From assembly GCF_000015025.1 (NCBI RefSeq), contig NC_008578.1, forward strand, positions 1,170,001 to 1,202,000: a DNA stretch of 32,000 bases, given 5' to 3'. The stretch comes from Acidothermus cellulolyticus 11B (GTDB taxonomy: Bacteria > Actinomycetota > Actinomycetes > Acidothermales > Acidothermaceae). The notes under the pieces are model-generated. The model worked only from the letters and a program-made list of their open reading frames with translations. It was not told the DNA's origin and ran no database searches. A program made the translations under genes and the position numbers. Below, piece after piece: positions 22,785 through 31,861 of the stretch (position 1 is its first letter; the number at the start of each line of letters is the position of its first letter).

Positions 22785-24237
22785 TCCCAAAGGTTTCCTG
22801 ACCACTCCGCGTGAGACACCTGAGCTGCGGCCGGTGGCCGAACGGGTGCGGGACTGGAAAGAGGTCTACAAGCCGTTTCCGCACGAGAAGCTCGAACAGC
22901 AGGCCGGCCGGTGCATGGACTGCGGCATTCCGTTCTGCCACAACGCCTGCCCGCTCGGCAACCTCATTCCCGAGTGGAACGACCTCACCTGGCGCAGCGA
23001 CTGGCGGGAGGCCATCGAGCGGCTGCATGCCACCAACAATTTCCCGGAATTCACCGGCAGGCTCTGCCCCGCGCCGTGTGAGGCCGCGTGCGTCCTGTCG
23101 ATTGACCCGGACCAGACCGGAGGCCCGGTCACCATCAAGCTGGTCGAGCACGAACTCGCTGACCGAGCGTGGGACGAAGGATGGGTGACACCCCAGATTC
23201 CCGGGCGTCTGTCGGGCAAAACTGTCGCTGTTGTCGGTTCCGGGCCGGCAGGGCTGGCCGCCGCGCAGCAATTGACCCGCGCCGGACACACCGTCGTCGT
23301 CTACGAGCGGGCCGACCGGATCGGCGGGCTGCTGCGGTACGGCATACCCGAATTCAAAATGGAGAAATGGGTCCTCGACCGGCGCCTGGCTCAGATGGAG
23401 GCGGAGGGAACCCGCTTCCGCCCGAATGTGCATGTCGGCGTGGATATCTCGGCCCGCGAGCTGAAAAGTCGCTATGACGCCGTGGTTTTGGCGATCGGTG
23501 CAACCGTGCCACGGGACCTTCCCGCGCCCGGCCGGGAGTTGCGCGGCATCCACCAGGCGATGGAGTACCTGCCGATTGCCAACCGGGTCCAGCAGGGCGA
23601 CCTCGCTGAGCCGACGATTACGGCGAAGGACAAGCGGGTCGTCATTATCGGCGGCGGCGACACCGGCGCCGACTGCTTGGGCACCGCGCACCGGCAGGGC
23701 GCGAAATCCGTTGTGCAGCTGGAGATTCTGCCGCGACCGCCGCTGCGGCCCGCTCCGAGCACGCCGTGGCCGACCTGGCCGCTCATGTTGCGGACCTCCA
23801 CCGCCCATGAGGAAGGCGGCGAACGCCGGTTCTCGGTGAACACGCTGGAGTTCCTTGGCGACGGAGCGGGGAACGTGCGCGCGCTGCGGCTCGTCGAGGT
23901 CCGGATGGTTGACGGCCGGTTCGAACCGATTCCCGGAACCGAGCAGGAATTGCCGGCTGATCTCGTGCTGCTCGCCATGGGTTTTCTGGGTCCCGAACGC
24001 ACGCTCATCGAGCAATTCGGCCTGCAGACCGACGTCCGTGGAAACATCGCCCGCGATGAGTCGTATGCCACCAACGTTCCCGGGGTGTTCGTGTGCGGAG
24101 ATGCCGGGCGTGGTCAATCTCTCATCGTGTGGGCGATTGCCGAAGGCCGTGCGGCGGCGGCGGCGGTGGATCGGTTCCTCACCGGGGTTCCGCGGCTTCC
24201 CGTACCCATCGCACCGAGCGCACGTCCGCTCACCTGA
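22777..24237 (+). CDS. gltD: glutamate synthase small subunit (NADPH)
   Basis: 486 aa. Fe-S Cys clusters ([15 protein letters not shown]), [10 protein letters not shown] and [12 protein letters not shown] 22777 overlaps the gltB end by 8 nt. Confidence 0.95.
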
Positions 24238-24255
24238 GCTGCGGCGCGTCAGCCG

Positions 24256-24283
24256 TTCCAGGCGCGGCGGGTCCTCATATACT
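24256..24283 (+). promoter_or_regulatory. candidate pyk promoter (-35 TTCCAG, -10 TATACT)
   Basis: This is the only AT-rich patch (TCATATACT) in the 90-nt gltD-pyk spacer. TATACT is at 24278-24283, with a weak -35 16 nt upstream. By-eye match only. Confidence 0.2.
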
Positions 24284-24327
24284 CGCCACGTGCTGCTGAT
24301 GTCCCCAGATCCGGTGTTTTCCCGTCG

Positions 24328-25773
24328 ATGAGCCGGCGGGCGAAAATCGTTTGTACGCTCGGTCCGGCGACGGCGTCTCCGGAGACTATTCGGCAACTGG
24401 TAGCGGCGGGGATGGACGTCGCCCGGTTGAACGCCAGTCACGGTCGGCATGCCGAGCACGAAGAGATGTACCGCTGGGTACGCAAGGCCTCCGACGAGCT
24501 CGGCCGCGCTGTGGGCGTGCTCGTTGACTTGCAGGGTCCGAAAATCCGCCTCGGTCGGATCGCCGGCGGGCCGGTGACGCTGGCCGCTGGTGACGAGTTC
24601 ACCATCACCACTGAGGATGTGCCCGGCAGCGCGGCCCTGGTGTCTACCACGTATCCCGGTTTACCCACCGACGTGCATCCAGGGATGCGCATTCTTGTTG
24701 ACGACGGGCGGGTGAGTCTGGAGGTGCTTGACGTCAGCGGAACGCGGGTCCGTACCCGGGTGATCGACGGTGGGGTGATCTCCGATCACAAGGGGCTCAA
24801 TGTTCCCGGAGCCGCTCTCTCCGTGCCCGCGCTGAGCGACAAGGACGTCGACGACCTCCGGTGGGCGTTGCGTCTCGGCGTCGACATGGTCGCGCTCTCG
24901 TTTGTCCGTTCGGCGGCGGATTATGCCGACGTCGCCCGGGTCATGGACGAGGAGGGCCGGCGGGTTCCGGTCATCGCGAAAATCGAGAAGCCCCAAGCGG
25001 TTGAGCAATTGGACGCCATTACGGAGGCTTTTGACGGATTCATGATTGCCCGCGGTGACCTCGGCGTGGAAATGCCGATCGAACAAGTCCCGTTGGTGCA
25101 GAAGCGGGTCATCGCCGCGGCGCGGCGGGCGGCGAAACCCGTCATCGTCGCGACTCAGCTCCTCGACTCCATGATTAGCGCGACCCGGCCGACCCGCGCC
25201 GAGGTCTCGGACTGCGCGAACGCCGTCCTTGATGGAGCCGACGCGCTCATGCTCTCCGGCGAAACGAGCGTCGGCGCACATCCCGTTTTAACGGTCCAGA
25301 CCATGGCGCGCATCATCGAACGGGTCGAGGAGGAAGCCCTCGCTGAATTGCCCGACGTCGGCGGCCGGCCCCGCACCAAGGGAGGCGCTATCGCGCACGC
25401 CGCCGTCGTTCTCGGTGCCGATCTCGACGCGAAGTACCTCGTCGCCTTCACGGAATCGGGTGAGAGTGCGCGGCGGCTGGCCCGGTACCGGTCGCCCATT
25501 CCGCTCCTCGCGTTCACGCCGGTGCCGGCGACCCGTTCCTGCCTTGCCCTGACGTGGGGGGTGGAGACGTTCCTTGTCGCGCCGGTCTCCCACACCGACG
25601 AGATGGTCCGCCAAGTGGATCGCGCGCTGCTCGAGATTGACCGTTGCCGCCGCGGGGACCTCGTCGTCGTCATTGCCGGTACGCCGCCCGGGGTCTCCGG
25701 CTCGACCAACATGCTGCGGGTGCACCGGATCGGCGACACGATGGACGCCGACCATCCGGCGTTTCAACTCTGA
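24328..25773 (+). CDS. pyk: pyruvate kinase
   Basis: 481 aa. Motifs: KIVCTLGPA, MDVARLNASHG, DLQGPKIR, IAKIE, IARGDLGVE, VIVATQLLDSM, MLSGETS. Confidence 0.97.
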   Translation: MSRRAKIVCTLGPATASPETIRQLVAAGMDVARLNASHGRHAEHEEMYRWVRKASDELGRAVGVLVDLQGPKIRLGRIAGGPVTLAAGDEFTITTEDVPGSAALVSTTYPGLPTDVHPGMRILVDDGRVSLEVLDVSGTRVRTRVIDGGVISDHKGLNVPGAALSVPALSDKDVDDLRWALRLGVDMVALSFVRSAADYADVARVMDEEGRRVPVIAKIEKPQAVEQLDAITEAFDGFMIARGDLGVEMPIEQVPLVQKRVIAAARRAAKPVIVATQLLDSMISATRPTRAEVSDCANAVLDGADALMLSGETSVGAHPVLTVQTMARIIERVEEEALAELPDVGGRPRTKGGAIAHAAVVLGADLDAKYLVAFTESGESARRLARYRSPIPLLAFTPVPATRSCLALTWGVETFLVAPVSHTDEMVRQVDRALLEIDRCRRGDLVVVIAGTPPGVSGSTNMLRVHRIGDTMDADHPAFQL

Positions 25774-25797
25774 CCGGCGTCCAGCCGGCCTCCCGCG

Positions 25798-25870
25798 TAC
25801 CCCGGGTCGGATTCGAACCGACACTGGATGGTGTTTGAGACCATTGCCTCTACCGTTGGGCTACCGGGGC
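25798..25870 (-). tRNA. 73-nt tRNA with no encoded CCA. The anticodon reads CAA (nominally Leu) by manual fold, but the body is class I; isotype unresolved.
   Basis: Reverse complement: GCCCCGG-TA-GCC-CAACGGTAGA-GGC-A-ATGGT-CTCAAAC-ACCAT-CCAGT-GTCGG-TTCGAAT-CCGAC-CCGGGGT-A. It has canonical U8, A14, GG and a TTCGAAT T-loop with G53-C61. The pairs G1.U72 and the discriminator A73 are noted. Confidence 0.8.
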
Positions 25871-25877
25871 TCGTGCC

Positions 25878-26621
25878 GTGCACAGCACGCAGGATGAATC
25901 TACCGTGTCTCCATTCTCCGCCGACCGCTACGCTGCCAGCGTGCCCGACGACTCGACTCCGCAGGCGTCCCCTTCCCCGGCGCGGGTGCCGACCCCGGCC
26001 GAGGTGGCGGCGGCGTCCCGGCGGCAACGCCCTCGACGTCGCGCAGTGATCGCTGAGGACGAGGCGTTGATCCGGCTGGACTTGCGGGAGACGCTTGAGG
26101 AGTTGGGGTTTGACGTCGTCGGCGAGGCCGCTGACGGAGCGCACGCGGTGGAACTCGCCGCGCAGCTTCGCCCCGACGTCGTCGTGCTCGATGTCAAGAT
26201 GCCGGTGCTCGATGGCATAACGGCCGCCCGGCAGATCACGTCACAGCGCATCGCCCCGGTGGTGATTCTCACCGCTTTCTCCCAGCGTGATCTCATCGAG
26301 CGAGCCCGTGACGCCGGGGCGTTGGCCTACCTCGTCAAACCGTTCAACGCGGCCGAGTTGCTCCCCGCCATTGAGATCGCGACCAGCCGGCACGCCGAGT
26401 TGTTGGCTCTGGAACGCGAGGTGACCGAGCTCTCCGAGCGGCTGGAGACGAGAAAGATCATCGAGCGGGCGAAGGGGGTGCTCCAGACCGTGCACGGGTG
26501 GAGCGAGCCGGAGGCGTTCCGGTGGATTCAGCGGACCGCGATGAACGAGCGGGTGCCGATGCGTGACGTCGCCGAGCGTGTCCTGCGCGACGGCCGGGCG
26601 GACGGGCCGACGTCCTCGTGA
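25878..26621 (+). CDS. pdtaR: ANTAR-domain response regulator (PdtaR-like RNA-binding antiterminator)
   Basis: It aligns by eye along its length with M. tuberculosis PdtaR (VIAEDEALIR.DL, DVKMP..DGI, ILTAFSQRDL.ERARDAGA.AYLVKPF, LETRK..ERAKG.LQ, F.WIQR.AM). The start is uncertain (GTG 25878, 25905 or 25941). Confidence 0.9.
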   Translation: MHSTQDESTVSPFSADRYAASVPDDSTPQASPSPARVPTPAEVAAASRRQRPRRRAVIAEDEALIRLDLRETLEELGFDVVGEAADGAHAVELAAQLRPDVVVLDVKMPVLDGITAARQITSQRIAPVVILTAFSQRDLIERARDAGALAYLVKPFNAAELLPAIEIATSRHAELLALEREVTELSERLETRKIIERAKGVLQTVHGWSEPEAFRWIQRTAMNERVPMRDVAERVLRDGRADGPTSS

Positions 26622-26820
26622 CCGGGGGAATAGGCGCGGCGGCTGGTCACACCGTCCACACATGCGGCGCGGGCCGGCACCGCACCGGTGACTGTCAGAT
26701 CACGAGCAGGTTACGACCGGGGGTTCGTGTTCCGTTCGCCGGCCGATCGTGATACCGTCCAAGCCGACAGACCACAAGACCCGTCGGGTAAGGTCGGGTC
26801 CCACTCGACGAGGAGTGACA

Positions 26821-28002
26821 GTGAAACGACGGTTCGCAGCAGCGGTCATCCCGCTCACGGTGGCAGGCTTGGTGGTCTCAGCCTGCTCCAGTGGCAAGAG
26901 CTCGGGCGGTTCTGGTGGCAAGCCGGTCTTCAAGATCGGTTATGAGGGACCGCTCTCCGGGGGCAATGCCCAGCTCGGGTTGAACATGAAGTACGCCGTG
27001 CAGTTGGCCATCAACGAGGCGAACGCGAAAGGCGACCTTCCCTTCGTCCTCCAATACACCGAGGCCGATGACCAAGGCTCGGGAGACAAGTCGCCGGCCG
27101 CCGCACAGCAACTTATTGACGACAAGCAGGTGATGGCCGTGGTCGGTCCGGCATTCTCCGGAGCGACCAAAGCGGCCGAGCCGAAGTTCGCGGACGCGGA
27201 CCTGGCCACGGTGAGCCCGTCCGCCACCTCGCCGGCGTTGGCGACCTTCGGGTGGAAGACCTTCTTCCGGATCGTCGCGGACGACAACGCCCAGGGCCCG
27301 GCCGATGCGGACTACGCCGTCAACAAGCTCGGCATCAAGAACATCTTCGCGATCGACGACGCGAGTGCCTACGGGCAGCCGCTGGAGCAGGCGTTCGAGA
27401 ACCAGGCGAAGAAGGACGGCGCCCAGGTAACCCACCAGTCGGTGCCGGGCACCACGCAGTGCCAGGCCGGGTCAGGGAACACCCAGCAGTACCCGGCGGT
27501 CGCCACCACGATCAAGAATTCCGGTGCCGAACTCGTGTTCTACGCCGGCTACTACTGTGACTTCGCGCTGCTGGCGAAAGCCCTGCGGCAGGCTGGATAC
27601 ACCGGCAAACTCTTCTCCGACGACGCCAGCCTGGACCCGAAGTACATCGAACAGGCCGGCGCCTCGGTCGCCGAAGGCACGTACATCAGCTGCGCGTGCG
27701 CTGACATCACGACGAATCCGAAGGCACAGAGCTTCGTCACCAACTTCAAGAAGCTTGCTGGTTTCGACGTGAGCGTGTACTCGGCTGAGGCGTACGACGC
27801 CACCAACGTCATCATTTCGGTCCTCAAGGAGCTGGGCCCGAAGGCGACCCGCGCACAAGTTGTCGACAAGCTGCGCACCGTCGACTACCAGGGCATCACC
27901 AAGGAAGTGAAATTCCAGAGCAACGGAAATATCGCCGGCAGTGCGGTCTACATCTACCAGGTCCAGAACGGCAAAATCGTCTCGTTGGGCCTGAGCAGTT
28001 AG
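26821..28002 (+). CDS. livK: branched-chain amino acid ABC transporter substrate-binding lipoprotein
   Basis: 393 aa from GTG 26821 (GAGGAG 4 nt upstream). It has a signal peptide with a lipobox (LVVSAC) and PBP type-1 sequence (KIGYEGPLSGGNAQLG, AVVGPAFSG). Confidence 0.9.
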   Translation: MKRRFAAAVIPLTVAGLVVSACSSGKSSGGSGGKPVFKIGYEGPLSGGNAQLGLNMKYAVQLAINEANAKGDLPFVLQYTEADDQGSGDKSPAAAQQLIDDKQVMAVVGPAFSGATKAAEPKFADADLATVSPSATSPALATFGWKTFFRIVADDNAQGPADADYAVNKLGIKNIFAIDDASAYGQPLEQAFENQAKKDGAQVTHQSVPGTTQCQAGSGNTQQYPAVATTIKNSGAELVFYAGYYCDFALLAKALRQAGYTGKLFSDDASLDPKYIEQAGASVAEGTYISCACADITTNPKAQSFVTNFKKLAGFDVSVYSAEAYDATNVIISVLKELGPKATRAQVVDKLRTVDYQGITKEVKFQSNGNIAGSAVYIYQVQNGKIVSLGLSS

Positions 28003-28014
28003 CCGCGTGGAACC

Positions 28015-28049
28015 GTTGGGGGTCGGGTGCATCTCACCCGGCCCCCAAC
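28015..28049 (+). other. 15-bp stem-loop between livK and livH (intra-operon attenuator or mRNA stabiliser candidate)
   Basis: GTTGGGGGTCGGGTG-catct-CACCCGGCCCCCAAC gives 14 Watson-Crick pairs plus one G.U. It starts 13 nt after the livK TAG. No U-tract follows. Confidence 0.55.
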
Positions 28050-28075
28050 CCTGACCCTGGGGAGGTCGGCTCCTC

Positions 28076-29014
28076 GTGTGCGTCACCCGGCATTTCTGGG
28101 ATTTCTTCGTCAGCGGGCTGGCGAACGGATTCGTCTACGCGCTGATCGCCTTGGGATACACGCTGGTGTACGGCGTACTGCAGCTCATCAACTTCGCGCA
28201 CAGCGAAGTCTTCATGTCGGGTGGGTTTGGCGGCCTCTTTGCGATTAATTTCGCGATCGGCAGCCGGCATCCGCACGGTCTGTCGTCGGTGTGGTTTGTT
28301 CTTGTCGGGCTCGCCGCCGGTGCGGTGACCGGCGGTGTCGTCGCCTACATCCTCGAGCGGGTCGCGTATCGCCCGCTGCGGCGGCGCAACGCGCCCAAAT
28401 TGGCGTTCCTCATCAGCGCGATCGGAATGTCGTACTTCTTGTACAACCTGGCCGGGAAAGAATTCGGCCGCGACGCGCGCACGATGAAGCCGCCGTTCAC
28501 TGTCTCGCCGAACAAGCCGCTCTTCACCGTTTTCGGCGCCCCGGTGAATCTGTACGACGCGGTCATCGCCGTATCGGCCATCGCCATGCTGATCCTCCTC
28601 GACCGCGTCGTCCAGCAGACCCGACTGGGGCAGGGCATCCGGGCGGTCGCCCAGGACGCCGACACCGCCGCCCTGATGGGCGTGAACATCGACCGCGTCA
28701 TTGCGCAGACCTTCGTCCTCGGCGGATTGCTCGGCGGCGCCGCGGGTTTCCTCTTCGGGCTTGGCACGGCGGGGGTGAGTTACACGATGGGCTTCACCCC
28801 GGGCATCAAGGCGTTCACCGCTGCCGTGCTCGGGGGCATCGGAAATATCCGGGGGGCGATGCTCGGCGGTCTGCTGCTCGGCGTCGTCGAGAATCTCTCC
28901 TCGGCCTGCTTCGGCGCGAGCTGGGTGGACGTCGTCGCGTTTTACATTCTGGTTCTGGTCCTGCTCGTACGGCCGATGGGCCTGCTCGGCGAGCGGTTGG
29001 GGAGGTCGGCGTGA
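28076..29014 (+). CDS. livH: branched-chain amino acid ABC transporter permease
   Basis: 312 aa. The N-terminus is colinear with LivH (GLANGFVYALIALGYTLVYGVLQLINFAHSEVFM). GGGGAGG lies 9 nt upstream of GTG 28076. Confidence 0.92.
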   Translation: MCVTRHFWDFFVSGLANGFVYALIALGYTLVYGVLQLINFAHSEVFMSGGFGGLFAINFAIGSRHPHGLSSVWFVLVGLAAGAVTGGVVAYILERVAYRPLRRRNAPKLAFLISAIGMSYFLYNLAGKEFGRDARTMKPPFTVSPNKPLFTVFGAPVNLYDAVIAVSAIAMLILLDRVVQQTRLGQGIRAVAQDADTAALMGVNIDRVIAQTFVLGGLLGGAAGFLFGLGTAGVSYTMGFTPGIKAFTAAVLGGIGNIRGAMLGGLLLGVVENLSSACFGASWVDVVAFYILVLVLLVRPMGLLGERLGRSA

Positions 29015-30318
29015 CACTCCGGCGGGTCTGGGCGTGGGCCACGAGCCTGCGCGGTCGGCAACTATGGGTCACACTGGCCGGCGCACTTGTCGTCGACGTG
29101 ATGACCGGGCCCTCGGGAAGCCTGAACGATCCGACCGCCGGTTTCGCCGGGTCGCTGCTGAGCCGCCGCGTCGGGATCTTCCTCCTCATTGGGTTTGCCT
29201 TCTGGCTTCTCGTCACCTCCCGGGAGCGTCTTGCGGCGTGGTCGCGGAGCTGGACGGCGGCTGTCCGGCCGAGCCGCTGGCTGCCGTCGCGGTGGTATCG
29301 TCTCGCGGCGTACGGCGTCCTGCTCGCGGTCGCGATCGTCCTTCCGCTTGTCCTCTCCCCGTACTGGCAGGAAGTGGCGGTCGACCAGATCGGCGTGTAC
29401 GTCCTGCTTGCCCTCGGTCTCAACGTGGTCGTCGGGCTCGCCGGCCTGCTTGACCTCGGCTACATTGCGTTCTACGCGATCGGCGCCTACTCGTGTGCGT
29501 ACTGGACGGACTCCCTGCCTATTCATCCGCCGTTCGTGCTCAATCCGTTCGCCACAATCCCGTTCGCGATCGCCGCGGCGATGCTGGCCGGTGTGATCCT
29601 CGGCGCGCCGACACTGCGGCTCCGCGGTGACTATTTGGCGATCGTGACCCTTGGGTTCGGTGAAATCATCACGATCTACGCGACGAATCTGCAGAGCGTC
29701 ACCGGCGGGTCACCGGGGAACAGTCGGCCGATTCCGCACTTCTCCATCAACCTCTTCGGCCTGCATTACCGGTGGGGCATCGACAACATGCCGTACTATT
29801 ACCTGCTGCTGGCCTTCGTCGTGATGGTCATTGTTTTCTTTCACAACCTGGAGAACTCCCGGGTCGGCCGGGCGTGGACGGCGATCCGGGAGGATGAAGT
29901 TGCCGCCGCAGCCAGCGGAGTGAACACGTTCCGCTATAAACTGCTCGCGTTCGCCATCGGCGCGTCCACCTCCGGGTTTGCCGGCGTATTGTTCGCCAGT
30001 AAGATTCAAACCATTACGCCGCTCAGCTTCTTGTTGCAGCAGTCCATTCTCATTCTGGTCCTGGTGATATTCGGCGGCATGGGTTCCATCCCGGGAGCCA
30101 TCGTCGGGGCGGCCATCATCCAATGGTTCCCCAACGGCCTCAAAACGTACGTGCGCAAAGAGGACCTCTTCCTTTACCTTGGCGCACTGCTTGTCGTCAT
30201 GATGATTTACCGCCCGCAAGGCCTCATCCCGTCGCGTCGCCGGGCGCGCGAACTGGCGCTGGCCGAGAGCGGACTGGTGGAAGCCGACGCACTCACGACT
30301 GCGAGCAGGGACGTCTGA
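29011..30318 (+). CDS. livM: branched-chain amino acid ABC transporter permease
   Basis: 435 aa. LivM core (LALGLNVVVGLAGLLDLGYIAFYAIGAY, LRLRGDYLAIVTLGFGEI). GTG 29011 overlaps the livH TGA and follows GGGGAGG. The ORF-track start at 28291 is an out-of-frame run through livH. Confidence 0.9.
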   Translation: MTLRRVWAWATSLRGRQLWVTLAGALVVDVMTGPSGSLNDPTAGFAGSLLSRRVGIFLLIGFAFWLLVTSRERLAAWSRSWTAAVRPSRWLPSRWYRLAAYGVLLAVAIVLPLVLSPYWQEVAVDQIGVYVLLALGLNVVVGLAGLLDLGYIAFYAIGAYSCAYWTDSLPIHPPFVLNPFATIPFAIAAAMLAGVILGAPTLRLRGDYLAIVTLGFGEIITIYATNLQSVTGGSPGNSRPIPHFSINLFGLHYRWGIDNMPYYYLLLAFVVMVIVFFHNLENSRVGRAWTAIREDEVAAAASGVNTFRYKLLAFAIGASTSGFAGVLFASKIQTITPLSFLLQQSILILVLVIFGGMGSIPGAIVGAAIIQWFPNGLKTYVRKEDLFLYLGALLVVMMIYRPQGLIPSRRRARELALAESGLVEADALTTASRDV

Positions 30319-31151
30319 TGGCAAGCGGCACCGGTGACGACCCGATCCTCGAGGTGGATCGGGTGACCCTGCGGTTCGGCGGGGTGACGAGCCTCGCCGA
30401 GGTGTCCATTCGCCAACAGCGAGGCGAGTTGCTTGCCGTCATTGGTCCGAACGGCGCGGGAAAGACGTCCTTGTTCAACGCCATCACCGGTGTCTATCGG
30501 CCGCAGGACGGTGACATCCGATTCCGGGCGCGGGACCAGCGGCCGGTCTCGCTCATCGGGAAGAAGGTGCATGAGGTCACCAAGCTGGGTATTGCCCGCA
30601 CGTTTCAGAACATTCGGCTGTTCGCGGCCCTGACCGTCTTCGAGAACGTCAAGATTGGTATTGAATCGCGGCAGCGGACCGGCCCAGTCAGCGCGATGCT
30701 CCGGTTGCCGCGGACACTGCGGGAAGAACGCGACGGCGACCGGCTTGCCACTGAACTCCTTGACTTTGTGGGATTGCGGAACCGCGCGAACGACCTTGCG
30801 GCGTCACTGCCGTACGGTGCCCAGCGCCGGTTGGAAATCGCCCGGGCGCTCGGCACCCGCCCGCAGCTGCTGTTGCTCGACGAACCTGCCGCCGGCACAA
30901 ATCCCGTTGAGAAGGCCGAATTGGAAGACCTCATCCGGCACATCAATACCGAGATGGGCCTGTCCATTCTGCTCATCGAGCACGACATGCGGCTGGTGAT
31001 GTCCCTCGCCGAGCGGGTCGTCGTCCTGAATTTCGGCCGCGTCATCGCGGAAGGCCCACCGGCTCAGGTGCAGGCCGATCCGGCGGTCATTGAAGCCTAT
31101 TTGGGCACCCGCGCGTACCGAGCCGCGACCGGAGAGGAGGCGTCGGGGTGA
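30318..31151 (+). CDS. livG: branched-chain amino acid ABC transporter ATP-binding protein
   Basis: 277 aa. Walker A GPNGAGKTS, the signature region LPYGAQRRLEIARAL and Walker B LLLLDEPAAG. ATG 30318 overlaps the livM TGA (TGATG). Confidence 0.93.
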   Translation: MASGTGDDPILEVDRVTLRFGGVTSLAEVSIRQQRGELLAVIGPNGAGKTSLFNAITGVYRPQDGDIRFRARDQRPVSLIGKKVHEVTKLGIARTFQNIRLFAALTVFENVKIGIESRQRTGPVSAMLRLPRTLREERDGDRLATELLDFVGLRNRANDLAASLPYGAQRRLEIARALGTRPQLLLLDEPAAGTNPVEKAELEDLIRHINTEMGLSILLIEHDMRLVMSLAERVVVLNFGRVIAEGPPAQVQADPAVIEAYLGTRAYRAATGEEASG

Positions 31152-31861
31152 GCCTGCTGGAATTGCGCGACGTGCACGTACGGTATGGCGCCATCGCCGC
31201 TCTGCGCGGGGTCGACGTGACAGTTGAGAGCGGGGAGATCGTCACCCTGCTGGGTGCCAACGGTGCCGGTAAGACGACGACGCTGCGCACGATTTCCGGG
31301 CTCCTTCACCCACACACCGGCCAGATTTTCTTCGACGGACGACGGATCGACACCCTGCCCCCGCACGACATCGTGGGACTCGGGATCAGCCATGTGCCCG
31401 AGGGACGGCGGGTCTTTCCGCGGATGACCGTCACCGAGAATCTCGCGATGGGCGCCTACCGCCTGGGCCGTCCCAGAAAGTCGGACTTCGACCGCGTTTT
31501 CGCCCTCTTCCCGCGCCTCGCCGAGCGGCGTCATCAGGATGCGGGGACGCTGAGCGGGGGAGAGCAGCAGATGCTTGCCATCGGCCGCGGCCTGATGTCC
31601 CACCCCCAGTTGCTCTTGCTGGACGAGCCGTCGATGGGACTGGCTCCGCTCCTCGTCGAACAGATCTTCGACATCATCAAGGAGATCAACGAGCAGGGTA
31701 CGACGATTCTCGTCGTGGAACAGAACGCCGCCCAGGCGCTTGCCCTGGCGGATCGCGGCTACGTCCTGGAGACCGGCACGATCGTGCTCTCCGGACCGGC
31801 ACCGGAGCTGCGGATCGATCCGCGCGTGAAGGCCGCCTACCTCGGCGAGGGTGTCGCCTGA
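31148..31861 (+). CDS. livF: branched-chain amino acid ABC transporter ATP-binding protein
   Basis: 237 aa. Walker A GANGAGKTT, the signature LSGGEQQMLAIGRGL and Walker B LLLLDEPSMGL. GTG 31148 overlaps the livG TGA. Confidence 0.93.
   Translation: MSLLELRDVHVRYGAIAALRGVDVTVESGEIVTLLGANGAGKTTTLRTISGLLHPHTGQIFFDGRRIDTLPPHDIVGLGISHVPEGRRVFPRMTVTENLAMGAYRLGRPRKSDFDRVFALFPRLAERRHQDAGTLSGGEQQMLAIGRGLMSHPQLLLLDEPSMGLAPLLVEQIFDIIKEINEQGTTILVVEQNAAQALALADRGYVLETGTIVLSGPAPELRIDPRVKAAYLGEGVA

Noticed and set aside
25798-25870. Idea that the odd tRNA suppresses the TAG in the kinase gene
   Set aside because: The anticodon reads CAA, not CUA, so it cannot decode UAG. There is no evidence linking the two loci.
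25774-25900. tRNA as attachment site of an integrated element
   Set aside because: I saw no integrase, no direct repeat of the tRNA 3' end and no compositional break nearby. The flanking genes (pyk, pdtaR, liv) are conserved core synteny.
28291-29010. First 240 codons of the 675-aa ORF 28291..30318
   Set aside because: This stretch is an out-of-frame run through livH and is Arg-rich. livM more plausibly starts at GTG 29011, which has an SD and a GTGA overlap.
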